Below are positions 40,333 to 52,724 of a stretch of 64,000 nt of DNA, in pieces. Both the position numbers and the translations under genes were made by a program. This DNA is from Camelus dromedarius (Eukaryota). The stretch lies in the NCBI RefSeq assembly GCF_036321535.1, contig NC_087437.1, positions 11,720,001 through 11,784,000 of the forward strand, read 5' to 3'. A model generated the notes under the pieces. The model did not search any database. It saw only the letters and a program-made list of their open reading frames with translations, and was not told where the DNA came from. Numbering within the stretch: the first letter of the stretch is position 1; every line of letters starts with the position of its first letter.

Positions 40333-40939
40333 CGTATGGCTTTTACTCAGGTATATTGGAAGTGAGAAATACCCTGGCTTATTGTACTCGGTCTAAGTCA
40401 TGGATAAATTTAACCTGACAGAAGACGTGTACGATGCCAAAACTGCCGCTGGGGGAGGCAGGTCTTCCCTGGGCCCCTAAAGGAACCCACCGAAGCTGTA
40501 CTGTGACTGATTAACCTGCATCCAGAGCTCTAAAAGCCTTTTCCTGGAGGGGGAGTAATCTCGCTCAAAATATCTAGTGTCCCCCAGTTCTGGAGAATTT
40601 CTGGGCTGAGAATATAATTTCTTCAGAGATGTGAGCCTTGCTTGAAGCCCTGCATGTACCCAAAGAATTCTGCATTAATTATTTTGGGTGTTGTTTCTTC
40701 TTCTATATTAGATAGAAATGTCTTGACTCCATGTGTGAAGAAGAAGGTGGTTGGAACAGATGCCTCACATCGGATGAAGTGCTTGGGGAAGACGGTGGTG
40801 GGCTGGACATTTTTATTTTCTCAGTGAAAATTGCGAAATAGAACACACTTCCAGAAAAGCGAATAAAATGGATATGCCCTTTCAAGAATAATAATGAAAT
40901 GAGCATGCATATTGTCATTGTGGAAAATGAGAATAAAGA

Positions 40940-41820
40940 ATATTACCAATAATCTATAGGCCCCATTTCTGCCCTGGAAGGCATTTCCCTTACTTCTCTT
41001 TAATAATAAACATTATGCTACCTTTAGGAATAAACCATAATCATTCTTTAGCTTACTTTATGCTTATCATGTATGTATGTGTGTGTGTATGTATATTCAT
41101 ATACACATATATATGTATCCCTAAAAATACTATTTTGTTTGTTCTGTTTTTAAACTATATAAATGTGCCATATGTATTCCTTTGTGTCTTTTCTTTGGCA
41201 CAACGCTGTGGTTGTGAAATTTGTTCCTGTTGTTGCATGTGGTTGTAGTTAATTTGTTTTCACTCCTGGGAAGATTTCTACTCTATGAATACACTACTGT
41301 TTACCTACCTACCTAGTGTTGATGAACAAACATGTGGATGGCTTCCAGGACTTGGGTATCGCAAATAATGCTGCTGTGGACATTTTGAGGGCATGTCCTG
41401 ATGGACACATGCACACATGTCTGTACATATATGCCTGACAGTGGGATGGCAGGGTGATGAGATATGGACATTTTCCCCTTTTCTGAGTGATGTGAAACTG
41501 TTGTGCCAAGTGATTTTTACCACTTTGCAGGGTTAAAGGTAACAGGAGAGAGAGGTCCTACCTTCCCACTCACGCTTGTTGGCATTTGTCACCTGGCTTT
41601 GTGATGATCTCTCAGGATGGTTTTAAGTTGCATTTCCCTGATCATATTAGGGATAATATTATACAATAATAATATCATATGTATTTTGTTTACTGAGCTC
41701 ACTGGTAGTTAGTTACTGGTAACTAGCTGTTTTATTGCTAAGTTGAGGTTTCTCTATTGTGAAGCGCCCTTTCAGATCCTTGACTCCTTTCGCTGTTGGT
41801 GTTTGATTGTCTTGGTCTAG
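40940..41820 (-). mobile_element. L1ME-like 3' region
   Basis: ttgttcctgttgttgcatgtggttgtag...aaataatgctgctgtggacatttt...ttgcatttccctgat. Confidence 0.7.
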
Positions 41821-41931
41821 GGTTGTCTGGAAAGCAGAGCTTGTACCAAACCGATGCGTGCTTTGCAGTGCTCTGTCCTGGAGAGCACCTGCCCCGAGGC
41901 GCAGCGGCAGACGGGGAGACCTAGGGGCGGA

Positions 41932-41981
41932 GAGGGCACCTCTGAGACATAGGAGGGCACCTCTGAGACATAGGAGGGCAC
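41932..41981. repeat. 21-bp tandem repeat (gagggcacctctgagacatag x2.4)
   Basis: Exact copies at 41932-41952 and 41953-41973 plus a partial copy. Confidence 0.9.
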
Positions 41982-42519
41982 TTTGCCACCACAGTTTACT
42001 TCTTCTGCTTAAACAATGGCTATATTACATAATTATGATGACTTTTTAGTAACCAATATTTAAACAGAATCATGGGTTAAGAAAACTCAACACTGTAAAG
42101 ATGTCAAATTCCCGTTAAACTGATCAAAATTTGAACTTTGGAGAGAAGTCAGCAGAGGTTTTTTTGGTGTGTTCTGTTCTGTTTTTGTTTTGCATGAAGG
42201 ATATCTGGGGAAAAAACTAAATGCATGAAGTAGTGAAAAGGCAGAGTAATGAAGAAAGCTTTCCCTACCATATAACATTAGCTGGCATGGTATTTAGACA
42301 AGTCAATTGCAGAGAAAGGGTCATATAAAATAAATGAGAAAAAAAGAAGCACTCCACAAATGAAGCAGACACAAGTGGCAATCGTAAACGCAAAGGAAAA
42401 ACAAAACCAAGCCACGGCAAACAAAAACGTAAAGCCATACTTTAACGCTACATTCCAACCTTTCCCCCAAATCCACAGGTGAAAATGCAGGAGGGCAGGA
42501 ACACTTCTAATCTTACACA

Positions 42520-43100
42520 AAAGCTAGAAATTATAGAAGAAAAAGGTTGGTAGATCTGACTACAAAAATTTTAACCTCTATACAGAAAAATAGCACCATA
42601 CAATACAATTTAAAAATAACTTCAAGAACATATTTGCAGTGTGTATTTATAGAAAAGACAAAGTCTTACAAGTTAAAAAATGAGACACCGACTCAGAAAA
42701 ATTTTTAAAACTTGGCAAAAAATATGGATAATAATAAATATTGAAACTATGCATATCCACACTAGCAATCAAATAACTCTTTTTCATCTAATAGATTTAT
42801 GAAGATTTAAAAGACTGATGAAACTCAGAGTAGTGAAGAACACAGGGATGGAGGAACTTTCACACAAGTTTGATGGGTCTGTATATGGTTAAAACTATAG
42901 TTACAAATGGGCATAACTTTGAATCAATAATTTCACTCTATAAATTCACCAAAGAGAAATAATCAGACATTACATAAAGGCATATGGACAAAGAGGCTTG
43001 TTAAAATACTGTTTATAATGGCAAAATTGCAGAATATCTGGTTTATTTACTAGTGAGAAATTTCTATTTTAATCCATCCATATAATGGAATTCTATCCCA
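42520..43100 (+). mobile_element. Ancient L1ME-like ORF2 3' fragment
   Basis: A-rich sense L1 text: atatttgcagtg...tggcaaaaaatatg...ctgtttataatggcaaaa...ataatggaattctat. Confidence 0.6.
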
Positions 43101-43841
43101 GCGACACTGATGAGAAATGTCATGAAATAAAAACTGACCAATGCCTGTCAGAAATCAGTAGACTTAAATGAGAAAACAATCTTGCATTAAAACAAAAAAG
43201 AGTTCTAGAGAATTCTACTAGCTACAAGAAATAATGACAAGACCACTTGTAGGTCTCTGCAAATTTTGGGTCCCAGAAACGTAATACGGTTGACATGTGT
43301 TTAGAGGAAAACCACCTGATGATGGGGGTTATCACTGGGGAAGGACAGCAGAGGGACCAAGGAAGGCATTCTAGAACCACAAACCTTGCAATGCCACCGT
43401 CATATGAGGAGGCGGGTCTTCACACCTCACAGGAGCTCAGAAATCGATGGAGTGGGTGGGTGGGTGGTGCAGAAAGTAGAAACAGGATGGAATCCTGAGC
43501 AGAGTCAAAGGGGAAACAAGAGCAGAGGCTTTCGAGTGCCTCTGATATTGTCAGCGCAAGCACCCATGTCGAGAAAATCTCAGAGGCTGCACATCTCTTG
43601 GTCCTCCCAGGAATCCAGGTACTTGTCAGGGTCAGTAAACACGTGCTTTAGAAGATTCTGGAGGCTTTGTTGCCTCCACCCATCAGGATCCCCGCAAAGT
43701 TTGCTCTTGGGTTGGAAGAAAGAAAGATTTTGCCTGCATCTGCAAGATGGATTGGATCCCAGGGATCTGGACCATTTGCCCCTGTAGCTGAAATAACCCT
43801 CTAAAAATCCTCGCACCAGTGAAGAGGGAGACCTGGGGAAA

Positions 43842-44058
43842 CAGGGCAACCTCGGCACTCCTGACATTTATGAGGGGGTGATTCTTTTCTGCTCTAAGAG
43901 GTAGGGGTCTGCCCTGTGCGTTGTGGGGTGTTCAGCAGCATCTTTGGCCTCCATCCCCTAGATGCCAATGGTCTCCTTGCCCCACTTGTGAGAACAGAAA
44001 ATGTCTCTAGTATTGCCAAACGTCCCTCAGCAAAGTTGCATATGGTTGAGAACCACTG
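43842..44058. mobile_element. MER20 hAT MITE
   Basis: gttcagcagcatctttggcctccatcccctagatgcca...aaaatgtctctag...ggttgagaaccactg. Confidence 0.85.
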
Positions 44059-46044
44059 GAGGAGAGACAGACGATATTTTATAAAGTAAGATGCCATCTG
44101 AAAGTAGGAAAAGCAGATCACAGAACAGCACGGGCACCATGATCCTGTTTTTATTTGAGAAACCCTGTATTGATACACAGGTACACATTAAGTGTTGGAT
44201 CACAAGCGTTGTCTATTTTATACCATATGTGTTTTGGTATTTTCTGATTTTTGGACAATGGACCTGCAATTGTTACATGAAAGAAAAACACAGACATTTT
44301 AAATTTTAATATTTGCACATATGAATAAAAAAAAATCTTGAAAAGATATAAAACAAAATGGTAATTATAGTTACTTCTAAGCCTTCCAATTTCTTTTTTC
44401 TTGCTTTTGTTTGTATTTTCTTAATTTCTTAGAGAGAACACATACTACTTTTGTAATCAGAAACAAAGTAAACAAATGATTTCAAACATACATCCCAGAT
44501 TTCAACTAATCACTAGGGACCTAGGATAATTAGACCCATTAAAATGCATGCTTCTAAATTCGGTGGTTCTATCCATTCTAACTCTTAGACAAATGCTTAA
44601 TGACCTTTCCTAGCAGAAAACAGTAAGTCTGGTAAATGTTCTTCACCCACCTCATTACACCTCCATCCTAGTGGAAGAATCACTTCTTATTTTAATATGA
44701 AAATGGAAACCATTCAATGTTAGCGTCCTCAATATTTCTCTCCCCAAAACCTCTTTGTGCTAAACTTTTGTCCCCTAGCACCTATATTCTGTAAAGAATG
44801 ATCTGTGTATTTTTTTCTGAAATTCACACATAGGTTTTTTCCTTTTGCTTTTCCTATCAAAATTAAGGCAAGAATCCACAGAAGAAATAAGGGTGATGAC
44901 TTTTCTCCCTTAAGACAATGGTTCACAACTAAAGATTCAAGATTTGGTATCCAGGATCGACAAATACAGGCGTGTTTGTCTCTTGTCTTGTGTTTTGTTA
45001 AATAAAGAATCTGAGGATGGGAAGTGGGCACGTGAAGCTTGATAAAACTTCTCCACCCCATTCTGGTTCAAGCAGCGGCACCCACTCCCCAGCCACCCTG
45101 TGAGTCTGGTGGGGCTGCCACCCTCTCCCCACAGCAATGGTCACCTGATTCCAACTATGCCAATCACATCCCCTCTGCCTGGAATTTGAATCAGGTGTGG
45201 AAACACACAAGGGCAGAAGGTAGGCAGGGCTGGATTACTTGGTGCAGGAGATCTCTGGAGCTCCCATGGTTCTTGAGAGTAATTGGCTGTACCTACCTGG
45301 CTATTTCCCTACCTGACCCAGTCCAGCCCCAAGAGAAACTTCTCAAGTCCTTGTTTACCATGTCCAGATAGTGAGGAAAACCTCTCTTTAAGCTCAGACT
45401 TAGTTCCATAGTAGTAGAGTCAACGGTGGTTGTTCCAGTCTTAGGAAGGGTTTACCGGGTGAGAACATGGGTGATTGCACCTTCAAATGGAAGCTTTAAC
45501 CTGAAACAGAGGTAGCAATAGAGTTATGGAAGGCTGAAGCCATATTGACAACCAGAAAGGAGCATACCCAATGAGATTTTCACTGAGTGAAATTCCCCCA
45601 TGTGGCCTCTGTTAAATTAAAGGTGCAGAGTTTGAAATAACATGGGCCAAGCGACAGGCACTGCCTGGAGGAAGAATGAACCAGGAAAAACTGGGAATGG
45701 AGTGGGTGGGCATCAGCAATAGTATATTCCCGCTCTACCTAGAAGAGATTTCCCAGACAGGAATTCTCTGTCCCAGGGAACATGGAAGCTTCATTAGTGT
45801 AGGAGCAATTTTAAAGTAGAGTCAATTAACTGGATTTTGGAAAATCCAGCAAATAGTAACAGATTATTTTGCCTTCTAAAAGATTAGAATGTCTGTATTT
45901 CTAACAAGAACACAAAATCATCTTAAATTTTCATTGCTTTGAATGATTCTCAGGCTTGATAATTTCCTGATGTTTATACTGTCTCTATTATATATGCTGC
46001 CTTCAATTCATACTATAATATCTGGGCATAAAAGCAAAGATTAA

Positions 46045-46177
46045 TTTCACCATTTTATCATAATAGGCTGAACCCCAGAGAGATGAAATGACTTGCCAAT
46101 GTAAACTGGCTAAATGACCTGAAAAATTAGAATAAAGACTCAGATCTTCTGAATTAAATGTTCTCTCCACCATGCCA
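46045..46177 (-). mobile_element. MIR SINE
   Basis: ccccagagagatgaaatgacttgccaa...actcagatcttctga. Confidence 0.55.
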
Positions 46178-46893
46178 GTTATCAGTTATCATGCCAAGTT
46201 TGAATCAGATGACTCATCAAATTAGCATAATTGAAGCAGAACTTCACTAAAAATACTCAGCACTCGGTATAGTGCTATGAGGAACTGCAGTTTGGGTAGA
46301 AATTACCACTACCAGGAACTCCTCCAGCTATTCACAAAACTGTTCCACCATTGATTTAAAAGGGTTTATTATGAGGGTTGAATACAGTCTGTGAAAATTA
46401 TGAATAATTGGAAATTGAATGCAGAAAGTTATTTATACGGGCAGAGTATATGGGAAAGAAATACTCATTTTAGAAACTACCAAAAGGAGACATAAATAGC
46501 TGCAATTTGCCAAGACAAAACCTATGAATGGATGGTGGTGACCATATTATTATGGAACCCATGGGAACGAGGAATTTTACTACTGGGGTCAATGTCTGGA
46601 GTATCCGGCTATCGGCTATCGGTGCTATCAATTAGGAAAGAAAGAAAAGAAAAGCTTCCAGCAGGGCACCCAAGATGCGTCAGTTCCAAGTACTGTCTGC
46701 ACTTCTGAAATCTGTAGTTCATCCCATCTTGAGCCCCCAGAAAACTCAAGCTGCTGGGACGCTCTGTCGGCAGGCTGGGTGTTGGCGTCTGTCTCTCTTC
46801 CTTTTTCCCTGGGCGTCACTTTTTGTTTTCTGAGTGGATTTGTCAGGTAGTTAGACAAGTGGGGGCCCCGGGAGGATAAGGTGGAGGAGAGGG

Positions 46894-47067
46894 AGGGTTT
46901 GAACGTGAAAATTAGAGTGGGTGGGAGAAGGGGTGTGGGGAGGGTGGCGGGGAGGGTATGGTGAAGGGGAGGACCAGCCATATTTCTATTGATTATTACT
47001 AGCAAAGGTCCAACTCTAAAACTTTATCAGGATTATTGGATTATAGACCTGCAAATGGAAGATTACC
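46894..47067 (+). repeat. Copy 1 of a 174-bp inverted duplication (partner 60449-60622)
   Basis: Manual alignment: about 19 mismatches, no gaps (~89% identity); includes a G-run array. Confidence 0.92.
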
Positions 47068-47536
47068 AGTATGCCCACCTCCAGCCTAAAGGGGCTTTAT
47101 TTCCTGTAAATGAGCGCCGGCAAGAAGCTGGTTAGAACCCATTGGCAGCAACTGTGCAGCAGCAACAAGGACCAGACCAGCCGGACCCAATGCTCATTGT
47201 AATATAATTAACTTTGTGGTTTAGCCCCTCCCATGGGTTCTTCTGTGTGCAGCATGAGTAAGGACATGCGGAAAAGAGGGCGAGCATGACTCAGCACTCC
47301 AGGGACAAGAGCCGTCAATCAATCAAGAGACCACCTCTAAGCAAGGGTGTAAGAGGAGGGGCAAAGGCCATTTCTACCCTTGGATCAGCCTGCCTTCCAT
47401 TTTTGGATGTGTACTTTCCCTTTGCTAAAAAAACTTAAAATCTTTTGCTACACAATGCCTTTGTCTTCCCTCTGAATTCTTATCTTTCGGGTAAGGTAAG
47501 AACCGGAGTCTTTTCTCTTCCCCTTTTAGGGTAACA
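47068..47536 (+). mobile_element. 5'-truncated ERV1-type LTR
   Basis: U5-like end gtgtactttccctttgctaaaaaaactt...ctgaattcttatctttcgggtaaggtaagaacc...gggtaaca; no TG start with matching TSD found. Confidence 0.6.
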
Positions 47537-47769
47537 GAATCAAACACTGTGAGCAAGAAGCCTTCCAAAACCACTCTTCAGAGTCGCAGTGTTTCACAGT
47601 TTGATTAAGCCATGTCTAGTTTAAAATCTACTCAACCAAGGGGAAAATGAACCTAACTAGCCAAGCCAATTGGGCTTTGTGGAAAAAAAAAAGAGAGAGA
47701 GAGGAGAACTTTTATTTCCAGGACTTCAGATCATACTCCTTCAAACATACTGGTGGCATCCCCAACCAT

Positions 47770-47836
47770 TCTGAGACTCAGGACTTTCAGTGCCAAGATG
47801 GGAAAAGTCAGAGCAAACCAGGAACAGGTGCCCCTC
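47770..47836 (-). mobile_element. MER81-like hAT MITE fragment
   Basis: ggactttcagtgccaagatgggaaaagtcagagcaaaccagga. Confidence 0.55.
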
Positions 47837-48167
47837 ATATCCGGATGTCATGATACAACAGCGCTTAATCTCCCAAATGGCTGCAAAGGGAGTCAGGATA
47901 CTGTTAGCAAACCTAAGTACGATTTTGCTATATTAAGGTTTCTGTACTGAGCCTTAAAGAGTCAGTGCTGGATTGTCTTTAATTTTAATTCAATCCATAG
48001 CTTTAAAAAAAAAAAAAACCTTTAAAATTAAAGCTCCTTAGAAAAATTGATATGAATTTAGAATACAATCAGAATCAAATTGAATCAAAGAGAAATTTAA
48101 ATTAGATGCAAGAGGAAAATCTCTTTAGAGTTGTAAGTTTTGTGGAAAATGTCACACAGTGGTTGAA

Positions 48168-48310
48168 ACCTCCTTTCACAAATGAGGAAGTGGAGGCCCT
48201 CAGAGGAGAGCCCTGCAGGGTTGCCCCACATCATGGAGTCAGATTCAAACTTAGCCTGTCCAGAGTGCCTGACCCCCAGTCCAGATGATTCTCTTCTGTA
48301 ACCTAGCTCC
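48168..48310 (-). mobile_element. MIR SINE
   Basis: tttcacaaatgaggaagtggaggccc...cctgacccccagtccagatgattct. Confidence 0.55.
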
Positions 48311-48691
48311 CTCTTTCCCAAGGCTAAAATACTGATTAAATCACTGAGCACTAGAAAGAGTGTCTTTCCCAGATTTAATGCTAAATATGTGGAAGGCACG
48401 GGAGAGTTGTAAATAATCCTTTGCCATCAACACATCTCTGCTCTTGTTTTGAGAGGAAAACAAACACAAGTTTATTAACATGTATATGTCATGTGTGTCA
48501 TGAGTACATGGAAGAAAACCCAGGAGAAACAAGTCCACCACATTCCACTCATAGATCCTGCAGCTCTGAGAAGGGATGGGGAGTCGCCTGTGGGGCTCGT
48601 CGTGTTAGTCAGTGAACCTGACTCCCAGTCATCCCTGACTATCCACAGACATGATAACAAAGAGTTGACAGCAGTGGGTGACACTCCACGC

Positions 48692-48870
48692 CAGCGGTTC
48701 TCAAACCTTAGTGCATCAGAGTCACCTCGCGTGTTAGAATCCAAACTGTTGGGCTCCTCCACTAAAGTTTCCGATTAATGGGTTTGGGGTGAGCCTGAGA
48801 ATTTGCATTTTAAAAAATTCCCAAGTGATGCTGTTGCTGGCGGTTTAAGGCCATGCTTTGAAAACCACTA
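48692..48870. mobile_element. Full-length MER5A-like MITE
   Basis: Terminal inverted repeats cagcggttctcaaa / tttgaaaaccacta. Confidence 0.88.
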
Positions 48871-49865
48871 ATTTCTCCCAATAACACACACACACACAGA
48901 AGAAATTTCATGTTGGTGGGGAAATCAGGAGGTCAGGTATCCATTGTAAAAAATGTAGCAATACTTAATGAAAAATTGCGAAGATTTATAAATTAGAAAA
49001 GAAATTTTTTCACAGCGCCCTCTCTGCCCAGCATCAAGTCTCAGTTTTGTAGATAAGAAGATTTTATAAATCACCTTTTTAAAAGTTTTCCGCTGTAGCA
49101 GGAAGAGAATGATAGCATAGCTCTTTTAAAGACATATTTACAAATTCTGTTGTTATAGCCTTTGAGGGTAATACACCTTTAGGAGAAGCTTAGTAAGCTT
49201 TCTCCTGAATCATTTACAACAACAGTTACAGCTTTTAACCCATCGTTAATTTTCACAATAGCTGTTGTTTTATGACTCGAGTAATTAACTAAACAATGTT
49301 TCACAAGCATTTGAAACGAGTAGTTATATCCAGGGCCTTAATGTGGGTAATGAGAACGTAAATTAACGGATTTATTGGCACTGGGAAAATTCTTACCTTG
49401 CCCTCGGGAATCAGGAGCTTAGGAAGAGCTAGTTTAGTCAAATCAGACCTGTAGCTGCTCTGAGCCTCTTGGCCTTCAAAATCTAGCTCCCGAGTTATTT
49501 CAGAAACTGACTTCCATTCTTAGTGGAGAAACGGATTTCTGAGCCTTTATTTTTATCAAGCTTTCCTTACCCTCTCTCAATTTTATGGCTTATTTCAGCA
49601 CCATCTTCCCTCAAAGCTAAATCCCCCATATTGCTTTTAACGCTTCTTCCCTGGTACTCCTATTAATCCTACAGGATTTAGTTGAGATGACACTTCCTCA
49701 GTGAAGCCTTCAGTGATTCCACTGTTATACTTGCCTACAGCACCATAAACTCACCTAAACATTCTTTTAGACAAGTTTTATAATAGTAGAAACAGAAGGA
49801 TTATTTTAAGTTCAGCTGTGCTTTCAGAATGGGAGCTTCACAAAAGAAGGAATAGTCAGGGAGGA

Positions 49866-50244
49866 AAAAAAGTACAAGGCATCTCATTCATTCAGTAATA
49901 TAAAAATCAAAAAGTTCTAAATTTTTACTTTTTATGCATCTCCAAGAATTGATTTATCCATCTAGGTTTTTATGTTTATTAGCATGGAATTTTTCACAAA
50001 TTCCCTTCTGCCACCTTAAACATTTTTATCTGTGGTCATTACTATTTTGTTTATTTTCATATACTCCAGTATCATGGACTACTTTTGCCATGTCTTTTTA
50101 ATCTTTCAAAAGAACCACCTTTTAATTTTGTTATACTTTCTATTGATTTAAAAATATATTATTCTATTGTTTCCGTATCTTTATTATTTCTTTCAATCAT
50201 GTTTCTTTGGATTTATATTGTTTGTGATTTTTCTAACTTCTTGA
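49866..50244. repeat. Local duplicate of 55631-56018 (old L1 piece) with its first ~56 bp inverted
   Basis: 49914-50244 aligns directly to 55689-56018 (~93% by eye); 49866-49922 aligns to the reverse complement of 55631-55686. Confidence 0.9.
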
Positions 50245-51207
50245 ACAAAGTCTGATTACAGATAACTGAAGGCTTGGAGTTGTAATGATTTATGGGAATT
50301 AATTTTTTTATCTTTTAAAAATTTAGTCAATTGAAATAGTTCATTCAGTATAGAATTTCTATTTAGCCTCTTAAAAATTCTCAAATTCTCAGTAATTAGC
50401 AAGGCCATGACTAGCCCAAACATAGCAAAAACTTGGTGCATTACTTATCAATAACAAACAAAACAATCAATGTTATTATGTGTGAATTACACAGACCAAA
50501 TTATTAAATACAAGCTCATCCTAAAATGCAAAATTTCAGTCAGAATAATCAGACATTCAAAGTGTGAGGATTTAACAATTTGTTATAAAATAGGTACATG
50601 TCTTGCCTTCACAGACATAAAATTCCTTATGATAATTTCAGAGCTTATTTGCTCTAATAGCTCAAGTGACAGTCACTATATTTAACAATCTTTCTTGTAA
50701 AGTTATAGTAAAACTTGTATATATTCTAATACAATTCAATTTTGAGAAGCTGCATCCTCCACTGATGAAGGTAAATATATCCTGAGCTATAAAGTATTCA
50801 GAAGTATGTCGGGTAACTTCTTGCTCTAAATATACTGCAGTACTTTTAACAGGCAGCATATTAGGTTTAGAAAAACAACTTAAAGGTTGTTTATGTCTTA
50901 TACATTCAATATCTCATAAATATATATTCCTCAGTATGTTAATCGATTAAGTTGCACATTTTTACGCAGTTGCAATAGATCACTTTTCCTCTAATTCTTT
51001 AAATTTCACATGTCATCTGAGACATGAAAAACGTCATAACTTTCGGTTTCTTAAACGTTTCTTTTCAAGGTGATATTGTTGTATCATATGTAGGTCGGTA
51101 ATCAGATTTGCAGAAGCATTGTGTTTTCTTTCTCCTTTTTTCCCCAAGTATTTTCTACACTGGAGAAGTTGTTGTCAATGTCAGAGAGTGGCAATTTGTT
51201 TAGCTCA

Positions 51208-51725
51208 CATTGTAGGTTGGATTTCCTAGAAAGCAGACTCTGAGAGACAGATTAGCCTGTAAAAAGTTTCTTTGTGAGCACTCTTGAGATGAACACTGTT
51301 GGAAGAGAGGGAAAGCAGGCAAAGGCAGGGAAGGGAAGGGAAGGGAAGGGAAGGGAAGGGAAGGGAAGGGAAGGGAAGGGCAGGGCAGGGCAGGGCAGGG
51401 CAGGGCAGGCGGCGGGACTGGGCAAAGGGGAAAGCTGGATTGCGATGTCGTCTCAACAAAGCCTTCGCTGACCACCCAGCAGGATCTGGAGCTGCGGCTG
51501 TTCTTCATAATTGTTTGGAGTTGGTGTCAGAGAGGTTGGCCGTTAGACTACCAGGTTGATCAGAGTTTGGAGTGTTGGCTGTCCCAGGAAGGAGATCTGT
51601 CCTTGAATGAATGGAGTCTCTTAAGCAAAGTCAACTTAAGAGGGCTGACAGCTAACAGCAGTCATCTGACAGTCTCCCATGACCCCACCCCAAGAGCGGA
51701 TGGAGGAATCGTGCAATATTGTCCA
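51208..51725 (-). mobile_element. ERVL solo LTR (LTR33-like)
   Basis: aagcagactctgagagacagattagcctg...gggcaaaggggaaagctggattgcgatg...tctggagctg. Confidence 0.75.
51331..51405. repeat. (AAGGG)10(CAGGG)5 pentanucleotide repeat
   Basis: Read directly. Confidence 0.92.
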
Positions 51726-52724
51726 TTATGTCATCAATAATACACTCTTACAAAGGTAACTTTATTTTTCTTCAAATAATTTCTTAACTCTTTGATGTAT
51801 TCAAGACGATTAGGTGTACTGAAGTCTTATTCTTGCATCATTTTGTGTATAATGTTTGGTCACCATGCCAAATTAGTCCTAAGCAATTACATTTAAAAGG
51901 GAATATAGTAATGTTTTTTAAAGTACACATTCTACTGTCTATACTTTTAAAATCACAATGATAATTTGCAAAGAAAAAACACTGCTCACTGCTTCTAGCT
52001 GAAGTTTCAGTGACAGGACAGCATCATGTGTATTTATTTGGTCACAGTTTCAAATTTCTGTTCGGTAAATGTGCTGTAAGTCAGTATTTTCATTCAGTAT
52101 ACTCCAATAATTCATCAAAGCCCAAACTTCATTGTGTAGTTGTTGGAAGCTATTAAAAAAATGAGTGGTGTTGAAACTTTTGAGTTATTATTCACTTATC
52201 AGATTTTTAAATGTGCAGAAAAGGAAGAAAGGATTTCCTATAAGGTTTTTGTTTGTTTTAAGATCTTTAGTTATAAGGTCTTATGTTTCCACATATGTTT
52301 GTGGCATGTTGTGTTCCTGGACCCACAGATTATCTTTGTCTAGATTTGGTTATGGATGTTATCCCCCCAAGTGCTCACAAATGCAACATTTATATTTTGG
52401 GAAAATCATAACTCTGCTAGTAATTTTTATCTGTTTTACATTATTTATGGCAGATGTTGAGAATGATATATAGAAATATTTATAATTTTTTATTTTATTC
52501 TAAAAGATTTCACTCACTGTATATACTATAATATTATTTACTTGTTTTTTTATTTTACACACTCAACTATTATATTTTGGTTTCATTGTTAATATTCTGA
52601 ATTAATATTCTGACATAAAATAATCAAAAAATTTTCACAGTTCTACCAACTGAAGAAAATTACCATTATCATGCTCTCTAATTTTATTGACATTTCTCTA
52701 ATAGAAATTTAGTGTGCAAAAATA

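Larger units (their letters stand above)
50400..52170 (-). mobile_element. Decayed hAT transposase, Tip100/Zaphod/ZMYM1-like, interrupted by an LTR
   Basis: Hand translation of the - strand gives ordered motifs FFNSFQQLH..YWSIL, DAVLSLKLQL, NIIHKMMQE*D, LRIYL, SFSKL..QERL and KEFMSVKARHV (stop at 50583-50585), matching the hAT C-terminal dimerisation region; many stops and frameshifts; possible TIR caaggccatgactag at 50400. Confidence 0.72.

Noticed and set aside
41932..41981. Direct repeats as a CRISPR-like array
   Set aside because: The repeats are contiguous with no spacers, and the DNA is mammalian.
43580..43720. Minus-strand acceptor-like site followed by a short open frame
   Set aside because: No recognisable protein, no partner exons, and it is flanked by repeats.
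46628..47005. Two ORFs (also 60511-60753) sharing a proline-rich peptide, as a paralogous gene pair
   Set aside because: The similarity is confined to the duplicated C-rich DNA; the starts are non-ATG and the downstream parts are unrelated.
49008..49030. CTCF-like motif (cagcgccctct)
   Set aside because: Only the 3' half of the consensus matches.
51200..51559. Repetitive ORFs on both strands
   Set aside because: They are translations of the pentanucleotide repeat.
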